Shown here piece by piece: positions 9,215 to 17,969 of a DNA stretch of 64,000 nt; position 1 is the first letter of the stretch; every line of letters begins with the position of its first letter. Made by a program: the position numbers and the translations under genes. The DNA comes from Nitrospinales bacterium. Lineage in GTDB: Bacteria > Nitrospinota > Nitrospinia > Nitrospinales > VA-1. Location: NCBI GenBank assembly GCA_965262115.1, contig OZ253496.1, positions 2,464,001 to 2,528,000 on the forward strand, read 5' to 3'. Under the pieces are notes generated by a model. It searched no databases and had not been told where the DNA came from. It saw nothing but the letters and a program-made list of their open reading frames with translations.

Positions 9215-10666
9215 ATGAGTGACGAACAAAGCTCTGTTGCAGATATTTTGGAAGATAATACCTATAAGTATGGATTCACGACCGACGTTGAGTCGGAGAC
9301 CTTTGCCAAGGGACTGGACGAGGATGTCGTCCGCCGTATTTCCAAGAAGAAGAAAGAGCCCCAGTTTATGCTCGATTTTCGGCTCAAGGCGTTTGCGAAA
9401 TGGAAAACCATGAAAGCGCCCAAATGGCCGAACGTGCAATATCCATCCATCGACTTCCAGGACATTTCCTATTACTCAGCGCCGAAGCAAAAGAAGGTAT
9501 TGCAGAGCTTGGATGAGGTCGATCCGGAAGTCATGCGCACTTTCGAGAAACTTGGTATTCCTCTGGATGAACAAAAAAAGCTGGCTAATGTTGCGGTCGA
9601 CGCTGTGTTCGACAGCGTCAGCGTGGCTACCACTCATAAGAAAAAGCTCATGGAAGTGGGTATCATTTTCTGCCCCATGTCTGAAGCCTTACAGGAATAT
9701 CCAGAGCTGGTGGAGCAATATCTTGGCACTGTGGTTCCCGTGGGCGATAATTTTTACTCCGCGCTAAACAGTGCCGTGTTTACGGATGGTTCGTTTGTCT
9801 ATATTCCGCCGGACACCATCAGCCCCATGGAAATCTCGACCTATTTCCGCATCAATACCGAAGAGACGGGACAGTTTGAGAGGACGCTGATCATCTGCGC
9901 GGAAAACAGTTATGTTTCCTACCTGGAAGGATGTACCGCACCGCAATTCGACACCAATCAGTTACACGCAGCCGTGGTTGAACTGATTACTCTTGAAAAT
10001 GCGGAGATCAAATACAGCACAGTGCAAAACTGGTATGCCGGGGATAAGGAAACGGGTAAGGGCGGCGTCTACAATTTTGTCACCAAGCGGGGTAAATGCC
10101 AGGGCAACAATTCCAAAATTTCCTGGACGCAGGTGGAGACCGGATCAGCCATCACCTGGAAATACCCGAGTTGTATTCTTCAGGGCGACAACACCAGCGG
10201 AGAATTCTATTCGGTAGCGTTGACCAACGGCCATATGCAAGCCGATACTGGAACAAAGATGATCCATATCGGTAAAAACACCCGGTCAAGTATTATTTCC
10301 AAGGGAATTTCTGCTGATCATGCCAGCAACACCTATCGGGGCCAGGTGAAGGTGGGAAAGAACGCCACCAACGCCAGAAATTACAGCCAGTGCGACAGCA
10401 TGCTGGTTGGTGATACAAGCAGCGCGCACACCTTCCCTTATATAGAAACGGCCAATAGTTCGGTTCAAATTGAGCATGAGGCCTCCACCTCAAAAATCAG
10501 CGAAGAGCAACTCTTTTATTTTGAATCGAGGGGGATTTCCCGTGAAAACGCGATTGAGGCGGTCATTAGCGGGTTCTGTAAAGAAGTTTTCAAACAACTG
10601 CCGATGGAGTTTGCCGTTGAAGCACAAAAACTGCTGACCCTTAAGCTTGAAGACAGTGTCGGTTAA
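9215..10666 (+). CDS. sufB: Fe-S assembly protein SufB
   Basis: [41 protein letters not shown]. Confidence 0.97.
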   Translation: MSDEQSSVADILEDNTYKYGFTTDVESETFAKGLDEDVVRRISKKKKEPQFMLDFRLKAFAKWKTMKAPKWPNVQYPSIDFQDISYYSAPKQKKVLQSLDEVDPEVMRTFEKLGIPLDEQKKLANVAVDAVFDSVSVATTHKKKLMEVGIIFCPMSEALQEYPELVEQYLGTVVPVGDNFYSALNSAVFTDGSFVYIPPDTISPMEISTYFRINTEETGQFERTLIICAENSYVSYLEGCTAPQFDTNQLHAAVVELITLENAEIKYSTVQNWYAGDKETGKGGVYNFVTKRGKCQGNNSKISWTQVETGSAITWKYPSCILQGDNTSGEFYSVALTNGHMQADTGTKMIHIGKNTRSSIISKGISADHASNTYRGQVKVGKNATNARNYSQCDSMLVGDTSSAHTFPYIETANSSVQIEHEASTSKISEEQLFYFESRGISRENAIEAVISGFCKEVFKQLPMEFAVEAQKLLTLKLEDSVG

Positions 10667-10812
10667 ACCTTTTCGGCATTAGACCGGAGTGGTGAGAAAC
10701 AATCGGCATTGAGTAATATTTTAATAGCCCCTGTGTTGGTTCTTGCCGGTGTAGTATCGGTTTTAGGGAGCTTGCAGGGCTTTTTTTATTTATTAGGAGA
10801 GATAAGTAATTA

Positions 10813-11559
10813 ATGCTTGAAATCAAAGATTTGCATGCGAGTGTTGAAGGGAATGAAATCCTGAAAGGCGTTTCCCTTTCGATTAAAAAAGGGGAAATCC
10901 ACGCAGTGATGGGTCCCAATGGATCCGGAAAAAGCACCTTGGCTAAAATTCTTTCCGGACACCCTTCTTATGAGGCCACGGGCGGGGAGATTCTGTTCGA
11001 GGGAAAAAACCTTTTTGACATGGATGCGGAAGAACGCTCCCTGTCTGGAATTTTTATGGGTTTCCAGTATCCGGTGGAGGTGCCGGGAGTGAACAACGCC
11101 GAGTTTTTGCGCATGGCTTTTAATGCTCGAAGAGTCCGCGCAGATGAGGAGGAAATGGACCCCCTGGATTTTGATGAACTCCTTTCTGATAAAATGAAAA
11201 TGCTTAAAATGGAAAACAAGTACAAGGAAAGAAGCCTCAATGATGGCTTTTCCGGAGGAGAGAAAAAGAAAAATGAAATTTTGCAGATGGCGATTCTTGA
11301 ACCTAAACTTGCCATCCTGGATGAAACTGACTCCGGGCTTGATATTGATGCCCTGAGAATCGTCGCGGAAGGTGTGAACAGCTTGCGCAACGAGAATAAT
11401 GCGCTCATTCTCATCACGCATTACCAGCGTTTGCTGGATTATATTAAACCCGACTTTGTTCATGTTATTCATAATGGATTAATCGTTAAGTCGGGAGATA
11501 AGGCGCTGGCGCTTGAACTCGAATCCCAGGGATATGACTGGGTGACAGCTGAGAATTGA
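10813..11559 (+). CDS. sufC: Fe-S assembly ATPase SufC
   Basis: GPNGSGKST, FSGGEKK, ILDETDSGLD, ITHYQRLL. Confidence 0.97.
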   Translation: MLEIKDLHASVEGNEILKGVSLSIKKGEIHAVMGPNGSGKSTLAKILSGHPSYEATGGEILFEGKNLFDMDAEERSLSGIFMGFQYPVEVPGVNNAEFLRMAFNARRVRADEEEMDPLDFDELLSDKMKMLKMENKYKERSLNDGFSGGEKKKNEILQMAILEPKLAILDETDSGLDIDALRIVAEGVNSLRNENNALILITHYQRLLDYIKPDFVHVIHNGLIVKSGDKALALELESQGYDWVTAEN

Positions 11560-11568
11560 GGAGAAAGT

Positions 11569-12873
11569 ATGTCGGATACACTCGTTGAATCCAGTGCTGA
11601 GTCGGCGTTTCTGGATTTACATAAAAAACTTTTAGAACAAGGACGTCCTGCCCTTGTGGAGCTTCAGGAAGCCGCGTTGAACCGGTTTGAGTTGCTCGGG
11701 TTTCCCCATTCAAAGCATGAAATGTACACATTTGTGAACACAAAGGGACTGGTGACAACTTCCTTTAGTCTTCCCGATAGTGGTGCAGGCGTCTCTGAAG
11801 ATTTTGTTGCCGACCATATTTATCCGGACTGTGAACGCCAATGCTTGGTGTTTGTTGATGGGGTCTTCGACCGCGGCTTGTCACGGTTTGAAGGAGTGAG
11901 CGCCAACCTGGTGTCTTTGTCAGAGGCTGACCATGAACTGAAAAGCTATTTGTCGAAAACGGCAGAGAATGAAAACGATGTATTTGCCTCTCTCAGTACG
12001 GCGTTTTGCGGTGAAGGACTGGTTTTCAAGGTAGACGACAACACACAAATCTCTGGCACGGTTCAAGTCCTTTTTGTTTCTACCGGCAGAAGCGCCGGAC
12101 CGGTCATGCATGTCCCCAGGCTGGTTTGGCAGTTGGGGAAATTAGCGGAAGTCAAAGTGATCGAAAAATTTGTTGGTACTGAAGGAGGTTATTTCATCAA
12201 CTCGGTTCAGGATTGGTTGTTGGCGGAAGGTGCAGGGGTTTCATTCACACAGGTTCAGGCAGATGTTTTTGATTCCTGGCACTTTTCAAAAACCCGTGTT
12301 CATTTAAGTAGAAATGCCAGATTCTATTCCTCAAATGCTTCTTCCGGAACCCAGTTGGCTCGGCATCATTATGAGGTCTGGCTCAAGGAAGAAGGTTCTG
12401 AGTTGAGGTTGAACGGAGTCAGTGTGATCGATAGCAAGGAACAGGTTCATAATTTTATCCGCATCCATCACGAAGCGCCCCAATGTGTCAGCCATCAGCA
12501 TTTTAAAAATGTCATTAACGGGCATGCCCGTTCCAGTTTCGATGGGACCGTGATCGTCAATGAGGGTGCTCAATTGACCAACTCTGACCAGTTGGTCAAC
12601 AATCTCATGCTTTCCGATAATTGCCATGCGAATAATAAACCCAATCTGATGATTTTTGCCGATGATGTTAAATGTACGCACGGTGTGACCATCGGCCAAA
12701 TTGATGAGGATCAATGGTTTTACCTGCAAACGCGCGGATTGTCAGCCAAGGCGGCGAAAGAGCTTCTCACCCGAAGTTTTGCAAAAAGTATTATCGATAC
12801 CATTGAGTTTCCCGAAGTGGTGGAAGAATTGAATGGCACACTTCTTAAGAAACTGGAGGCAACGGATGTCTGA
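11569..12873 (+). CDS. sufD: Fe-S assembly protein SufD
   Basis: KPNLMIFADDVKCTHG, FYLQTRG; operon context. Confidence 0.93.
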   Translation: MSDTLVESSAESAFLDLHKKLLEQGRPALVELQEAALNRFELLGFPHSKHEMYTFVNTKGLVTTSFSLPDSGAGVSEDFVADHIYPDCERQCLVFVDGVFDRGLSRFEGVSANLVSLSEADHELKSYLSKTAENENDVFASLSTAFCGEGLVFKVDDNTQISGTVQVLFVSTGRSAGPVMHVPRLVWQLGKLAEVKVIEKFVGTEGGYFINSVQDWLLAEGAGVSFTQVQADVFDSWHFSKTRVHLSRNARFYSSNASSGTQLARHHYEVWLKEEGSELRLNGVSVIDSKEQVHNFIRIHHEAPQCVSHQHFKNVINGHARSSFDGTVIVNEGAQLTNSDQLVNNLMLSDNCHANNKPNLMIFADDVKCTHGVTIGQIDEDQWFYLQTRGLSAKAAKELLTRSFAKSIIDTIEFPEVVEELNGTLLKKLEATDV

Positions 12874-14116
12874 ATCCAGTGCGAGTGTTACAGGAAATAT
12901 TTTGGATGTAGAAAAAATCCGTAAGGATTTCCCCATCCTCTCTCAGACCGTTCGGGGAAAGCCCCTGATCTATCTGGATAACGCCGCAACGACCCATAAA
13001 CCGAATTCCGTGATAGAACGAGTCCGTAAATTTGATGCAGAAGAATATGGCACCGTTCGGCGGGGGACTTATAAATTGAGCGAACATGCTACCCAGTTAT
13101 ATGAAGATGCGCGCCAGAAAGTGGCCGATTTTATGGGTGCTGAAAAGAAAGGCGAAATAGTTTTTACCAGTGGAACCACCCAGGCTATCAATCTGGTGGC
13201 TCATAGTTTTGGTAAGCGGTTTGTCAGTGAAGGCGATGAAATTATTATTTCAAACATTGAACATCACGCTAACACGGTTCCCTGGCAGGTGCTTTGCGAA
13301 GAGCGCGGGGCCAGGCTCAAGGTCATTCCCGTTGATGATGACGGCGAACTGATGATGGAAGAATACGAAAAACTTCTTTCGCCCAAAACCCGCATGGTTG
13401 CCGTCAACCATGTTTCCAACGCGCTAGGAACGATCAATCCAATAAAGGAAATTACCCAAAAGGCACATGCTGCGGGAGCCCGGGTGTTGATAGACGGAGC
13501 GCAAAGCACACCACATTTGAAATTGAATGTTCAAGATATTGATTGCGATTTTTATACTTTTTCTGGACACAAGATGTATGGTCCCAGTGGCATTGGCGGA
13601 GTTTATGGCAAGATGGATTTGTGGGAGGAAATGCCGCCTTATGTGACCGGTGGCGACATGATCATGCAGGTGACATTGGAAAAAACCACCTACGCCAAAC
13701 CGCCCACCCGCTTTGAGGCGGGAACGCCGCCCATAACACAGGTGATGGGGCTGGATGCGGCCATTGACTATTTGAATGAAATCGGACTGGATAAAATCGC
13801 CGAATATGAAAACTCTCTCCTCGAATATGGCACCCGGTTATTTAAAGAGATTGAGTGGGTGCGAATTATTGGAAACGCTCGCAGCAAGGCAAGTATCATT
13901 TCCTTTTTTAGCGACTCCGCGCATCCTCATGATATGGTTCACTTTCTGGACCAGGACGGAATCTCTTGCCGAGGTGGACATCATTGCGCTCAGCCTACCA
14001 TGATTCGCTATGGGGTACCGGCCACAACCCGGGCTTCGATGGCTTTTTATAATAAACCGGAAGAGTTGAATGCGCTGGCTGAGAGCGTACAAAAATGTAT
14101 CCGTTTTTTTTCGTGA
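12866..14116 (+). CDS. sufS: Cysteine desulfurase SufS
   Basis: YLDNAATT, EHHAN, FSGHKM, RGGHHCA; ATG at 12866 after GGAGG. Confidence 0.95.
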   Translation: MSESSASVTGNILDVEKIRKDFPILSQTVRGKPLIYLDNAATTHKPNSVIERVRKFDAEEYGTVRRGTYKLSEHATQLYEDARQKVADFMGAEKKGEIVFTSGTTQAINLVAHSFGKRFVSEGDEIIISNIEHHANTVPWQVLCEERGARLKVIPVDDDGELMMEEYEKLLSPKTRMVAVNHVSNALGTINPIKEITQKAHAAGARVLIDGAQSTPHLKLNVQDIDCDFYTFSGHKMYGPSGIGGVYGKMDLWEEMPPYVTGGDMIMQVTLEKTTYAKPPTRFEAGTPPITQVMGLDAAIDYLNEIGLDKIAEYENSLLEYGTRLFKEIEWVRIIGNARSKASIISFFSDSAHPHDMVHFLDQDGISCRGGHHCAQPTMIRYGVPATTRASMAFYNKPEELNALAESVQKCIRFFS

Positions 14117-14152
14117 TAAAATTGAACTTTCTTTTAGTTTTATAAAAACCTC

Positions 14153-14611
14153 ATGTCTTACGATAACGAACTTTACCAGCAGGTCATTCTTGACCATAAC
14201 CGCAAACCAAGAAACTTCCATGCGATAGAAAACGCAAGTCATTCCTGCCACGGTATAAATCCGCTTTGTGGAGACGATATCACTGTCTATCTGAGTGTTG
14301 ATGAGGAGGCGGGAAAGATTGATGAAGTCAGTTTTCAAGGTTCTGGATGTGCGATTTCAAAAGCCAGTACTTCTATGATGACTACCTTTCTGAAAGGCAA
14401 GTCGGTGGATGAAGCTCGGCAAATCAAGGATGAATTTCACAAAATGATCCTGGGAGAGATGGACCCGGAAAAGGAAGAACATCACCTGGGAAAACTGACC
14501 CTGTTTATGGGAATCCGCGAATTTCCGTCACGTACCAAATGCGCCAGTCTGGCTTGGCATACTCTTGTTGGCGCACTGGATAAAAAATTTGAAGGAATCA
14601 GTACCGAATGA
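14153..14611 (+). CDS. sufU: SufU scaffold / sulfur-transfer protein
   Basis: LYQQVILDH, NPLCGD, GCAISKAS, RTKCA. Confidence 0.93.
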   Translation: MSYDNELYQQVILDHNRKPRNFHAIENASHSCHGINPLCGDDITVYLSVDEEAGKIDEVSFQGSGCAISKASTSMMTTFLKGKSVDEARQIKDEFHKMILGEMDPEKEEHHLGKLTLFMGIREFPSRTKCASLAWHTLVGALDKKFEGISTE

Positions 14612-14629
14612 TCTGGAGGTTGTCCACTT

Positions 14630-15691
14630 ATGCCTTCCAAAACAATCTCGCATAATCTCGATTCCCAAACCCGCCCGGGCGACTTGGTCACAAAGCTCGA
14701 TGGGAAAAACCTTCTTTGCACCGCCTGCGGTCATTTATGCAAGCTGAGACCGGGGCAGAGGGGAATTTGCAAAGTGCGGTTCAATTCCGAAGGCACCTTG
14801 ATGGTGCCTTTTCGTTATTCAGCAGGCCTGCAAAACGACCCCATCGAAAAGAAACCTTTTTTTCACGCGCTTCCGGGCAGTCGGGCGATGAGCTTCGGAA
14901 TGCTGGGTTGCGATTTTCGTTGCGCTTATTGCCAGAACTGGTTCACCTCGCAAAGTCTGAGGGATGAGGCTTCAACGGTTCGTGCCATCTCCATCACGGC
15001 GGGTGAAATTTGTGACATGGCCCAACAGGAAGGCTCTAAGGTGGTGGTCTCGACTTACAACGAGCCCTTGATCACCAGTGAATGGGCGGTGGAAGTTTTT
15101 CAGGAAGCAAAGACAAGAGGGCTCGGAACCGCCTATGTTTCTAACGGACACGGCACGCCGGAAGTGCTGGAATACCTGCGTCCGTGGATAGACTTATTTA
15201 AAATAGATTTGAAAAGTTTCTCAGAGAAAGAATACCGCCGCTTGGGGGGTAACCTTTCAGCGGTTCTGGAAACGATTCAAGCCGTGCACGGCATGGGAAT
15301 ATGGCTGGAACTGGTCAGCCTGTTGATCCCCGGTTACAATGACTCCGATGAAGAGTTGGCTGAGATGGCCGAGTTCATCGCTGGTGTTTCTCCCACCATC
15401 CCCTGGCATGTGACAGCATATCATCCTGATTATAAAATGCGGGATCGTGAACGCACCCCGGTGGATACCCTGTTAAGGGCCAACCGGCATGGTAAGGAGG
15501 CCGGACTCCAGTTTGTTTATTCTGGCAATGTGCCGGGGCAGGTGAGAAACACCGAGAACACCTATTGTTCTAATTGCCAGCATCTTCTGGTTGAGCGGAG
15601 AGGATTCCAGGTTTTGTCGGTAAATTTAAAAAGGGGGCATTGTCCTTCCTGCAATGTTCTTATTCTAGGCCGGTGGGTTAATTTGTGTTAA
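14630..15691 (+). CDS. amrS: AmmeMemoRadiSam system radical SAM enzyme
   Basis: CTACGHLC, DPIEKKP, GCDFRCAYCQN, TYNEP, C-terminal CxxC pairs. Confidence 0.9.
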   Translation: MPSKTISHNLDSQTRPGDLVTKLDGKNLLCTACGHLCKLRPGQRGICKVRFNSEGTLMVPFRYSAGLQNDPIEKKPFFHALPGSRAMSFGMLGCDFRCAYCQNWFTSQSLRDEASTVRAISITAGEICDMAQQEGSKVVVSTYNEPLITSEWAVEVFQEAKTRGLGTAYVSNGHGTPEVLEYLRPWIDLFKIDLKSFSEKEYRRLGGNLSAVLETIQAVHGMGIWLELVSLLIPGYNDSDEELAEMAEFIAGVSPTIPWHVTAYHPDYKMRDRERTPVDTLLRANRHGKEAGLQFVYSGNVPGQVRNTENTYCSNCQHLLVERRGFQVLSVNLKRGHCPSCNVLILGRWVNLC

Positions 15692-15741
15692 TAAATACCA
15701 TTCCGATCATGATCGAGAAAGGGGCAACCGCTATGAAAAAG

Positions 15742-16022
15742 AGCGGGATCCTTCTTCGCTAAAGGCTCATCAGGACGACAAAACCGGATTTTTAAATTAT
15801 CATTCTGAACGCAGTGAAGAATCCCGTTGTCTGTCATTCGGGGAGAGATCCTTCGTCGCCTTCGGCTCCTCGATGATGACAAAACAGCCTTGCGCTGTCA
15901 TTCTGAACGCAGTGAAGAATCTCGTTGTCTGTCATTCCGGGAGAGGTCCTTCGTCGCCTTCGGCTCCTCGAGGATGACAAAACAGCCTTGCGCTGTCATT
16001 CTGAACGAAGTGAAGAATCTTG
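15742..16022. repeat. REP-like/BIME-like array (family D): alternating inverted palindromic units, 98-bp period
   Basis: TCATTCTGAACG(C/A)AGTGAAGAATC at 15800, 15898 and 15996, alternating with GATCCTTCG...GATGACA units. Confidence 0.85.
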
Positions 16023-16053
16023 GGGTTACGCAGGCGTGCCGCATCTTTATTTT

Positions 16054-16119
16054 TCATAATTTGCCCTCAATGATTTAGCGGTGAGGTCGTAGAGTTGATA
16101 CACCATCTGGTCTATTTTG
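16054..16119 (-). pseudogene. Third, degenerate copy of the methyltransferase 3' tail
   Basis: KIDQMVYQLYDLTA-(deletion)-IIEGKL*; TGA overlaps ATG of a stub MKNKDAARLR. Confidence 0.75.
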
Positions 16120-16121
16120 GG

Positions 16122-16313
16122 CTATGGTTTTGGTTGCGAGCGTAGTGTCCCTGTCTTGTCTCCGGTTTTATCGGTTGGTAAAATACGCACCACTTTTTCA
16201 CCGTCCCAGACAACGGCATATTGCCCCAGTCGTCTTTTTTTATCCAGTGCTTCCTCCACGCTTATTTTGAGTGCCGCTAATATTCGTTGCGCCTTTTCTT
16301 CGGTTGTTTTCAT
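16122..16313 (-). CDS. Small partner protein of the P-loop ATPase
   Basis: ATGA overlap with the ATPase stop; EALDKKRRLGQYAVVWDGEKVVRI. Confidence 0.7.
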   Translation of the reverse strand: MKTTEEKAQRILAALKISVEEALDKKRRLGQYAVVWDGEKVVRILPTDKTGDKTGTLRSQPKP

Positions 16314-16885
16314 TGTTGGTTGCCGCTGATCATGGTTTGATAGATCGTTTTGTTTTTAATGATTATACCCTGACGTGTCCGGGTGAAAATTATTTTTTGT
16401 TGTTGCGAGTTATCCAGACAAATCACAAAGTCGCATAGTGGCGCGTAGTGATGGACAAGATTATCAATGCTTCTGGGATAGCGTCTGATAATAGATTCTA
16501 GTGCAATATCATGCCCCCCATGTTTAACCCTTTCTGCAACCCGTTCAATAGATACTTGCACGCCGGGCAAGTAAAGATAAACCAGTTCAACAAACCAGCC
16601 ATCTACTTGTAACTGACGGATAAGTTTCAGGTAAGTTCTGCCGGATAAAGTCGTTTCAAAAGCAAAATTTTCTCTGTGCATAACGGCTTTTTTGATTTGC
16701 TGTAAAAACAAACGGCTGGCAGTTATTTGTTGCTGACTGGGGTCAAGGGGAGACAAACCAAAAGCGATTAAGTCGGCGTTGATGAAATGCTTACAATCAG
16801 GACTTTTGGCGAAATAGTCCAGCGCGAAAGTCGTTTTACCCGCACCATTAACCCCTGCAATAATGGTGCAAACGGGTTTGCTCAT
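16310..16885 (-). CDS. P-loop ATPase, zeta-toxin/AAA_33 (COG4185-like)
   Basis: IAGVNGAGKTT, FINADLIA, FAFETTLS, RVKHGGHDI. Confidence 0.85.
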   Translation of the reverse strand: MSKPVCTIIAGVNGAGKTTFALDYFAKSPDCKHFINADLIAFGLSPLDPSQQQITASRLFLQQIKKAVMHRENFAFETTLSGRTYLKLIRQLQVDGWFVELVYLYLPGVQVSIERVAERVKHGGHDIALESIIRRYPRSIDNLVHHYAPLCDFVICLDNSQQQKIIFTRTRQGIIIKNKTIYQTMISGNQQ

Positions 16886-17010
16886 ACCAAGCCCTCAATG
16901 ATTTTAATTTCATCGGCGGTGAGGTTGTAGATCTGATAGACCATCTTATCAATTTTCGCTTCCAGTACGGTGGTATCTTTGCCTTGTTGTTTGGCGGCTA
17001 GGATTTGATT
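16882..17010 (-). pseudogene. Orphan second copy of the methyltransferase C-terminal 42 codons
   Basis: NQILAAKQQGKDTTVLEAKIDKMVYQIYNLTADEIKIIEGLV*, gap-free colinear with 17966-18094. Confidence 0.9.
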
Positions 17011-17969
17011 TTTTCTTCCTTAATCAAAAAATCAACCCACTTATCTGTATAAATATAATCTTTATGAGGTACATCGTATTGGCAATATTTTGCAGTAGTT
17101 TTAACATCTTTACCTAGCTTCCTTACTTTGTGCTTTTTCCATATAGTCGTATGCCAGTGTATTGTTTTTTTAATGCCTGTTTTCATTTTAATTTCTTCAA
17201 CTACTCCTGTTGGCTTTAAACGTCCTTGATTAGCAACTTGAATTTTTTGTTGTTTAATTGCTATTATTGATTTGCTATATTTTGTCAATTCTTCTGAGTT
17301 ATTTTCATCTATTTTAATAAAATTAATTGCCACATCAGAGGAGTTCCTATGATTGCCTACATTTGGTATAACAAAGACTTTATAAGCAAAATCTTGGGAA
17401 TTAGTAATATCCGTAGATAAAGAAACACGGTACTTATTTATGAAAGATAAAAGGGATTTTCCATCCCTTGTTTCTGGTATTTCCCTCACCGAGCGTGATA
17501 ATTGAAGTGGAATATAATCATCTAACAAAGTATGTCCATCACCAAACTCTTTGGTTAATATTTTATCAAAGCCCAAAATAAATGCTTGGCATTCACCTAA
17601 AATATTAGCATCAATTTCAGGTAAAAATGTATGTTCTATCTTGTTTCTCAACTGATAAAAAAATAGAATATTTTTTAAAGTAGGATCACTTCTGTTAAAA
17701 AAAGATTCCGCACATTTCTTTAATTCCCAAGCCTTCTTTTCTCCGTCTACCTTCACATAACGATTATTTGGTTGCCTGTAAAAATATTTTTCTTTCTTTT
17801 TTTCGAATATTGCGTGTAATAACGATGTCCATGCTATACACATAAGCACAATAAAACCGCTACTTCTAAATGATGTTTTAGGTTTGTTATAAACATCAAC
17901 AGCTAGCAAAGCGGACTCCTTTGCCTTTTTTAATAAACTGGAAACTTTCTTTGGTAATCTCCTACTCAT
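16998..17969 (-). CDS. DUF3644-domain protein
   Basis: KAKESALLAVDVYNKP, FIVLMCIAWTSLLHA, HEPN-like LRNKIEH; very AT-rich. Confidence 0.75.
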   Translation of the reverse strand: MSRRLPKKVSSLLKKAKESALLAVDVYNKPKTSFRSSGFIVLMCIAWTSLLHAIFEKKKEKYFYRQPNNRYVKVDGEKKAWELKKCAESFFNRSDPTLKNILFFYQLRNKIEHTFLPEIDANILGECQAFILGFDKILTKEFGDGHTLLDDYIPLQLSRSVREIPETRDGKSLLSFINKYRVSLSTDITNSQDFAYKVFVIPNVGNHRNSSDVAINFIKIDENNSEELTKYSKSIIAIKQQKIQVANQGRLKPTGVVEEIKMKTGIKKTIHWHTTIWKKHKVRKLGKDVKTTAKYCQYDVPHKDYIYTDKWVDFLIKEEKIKS

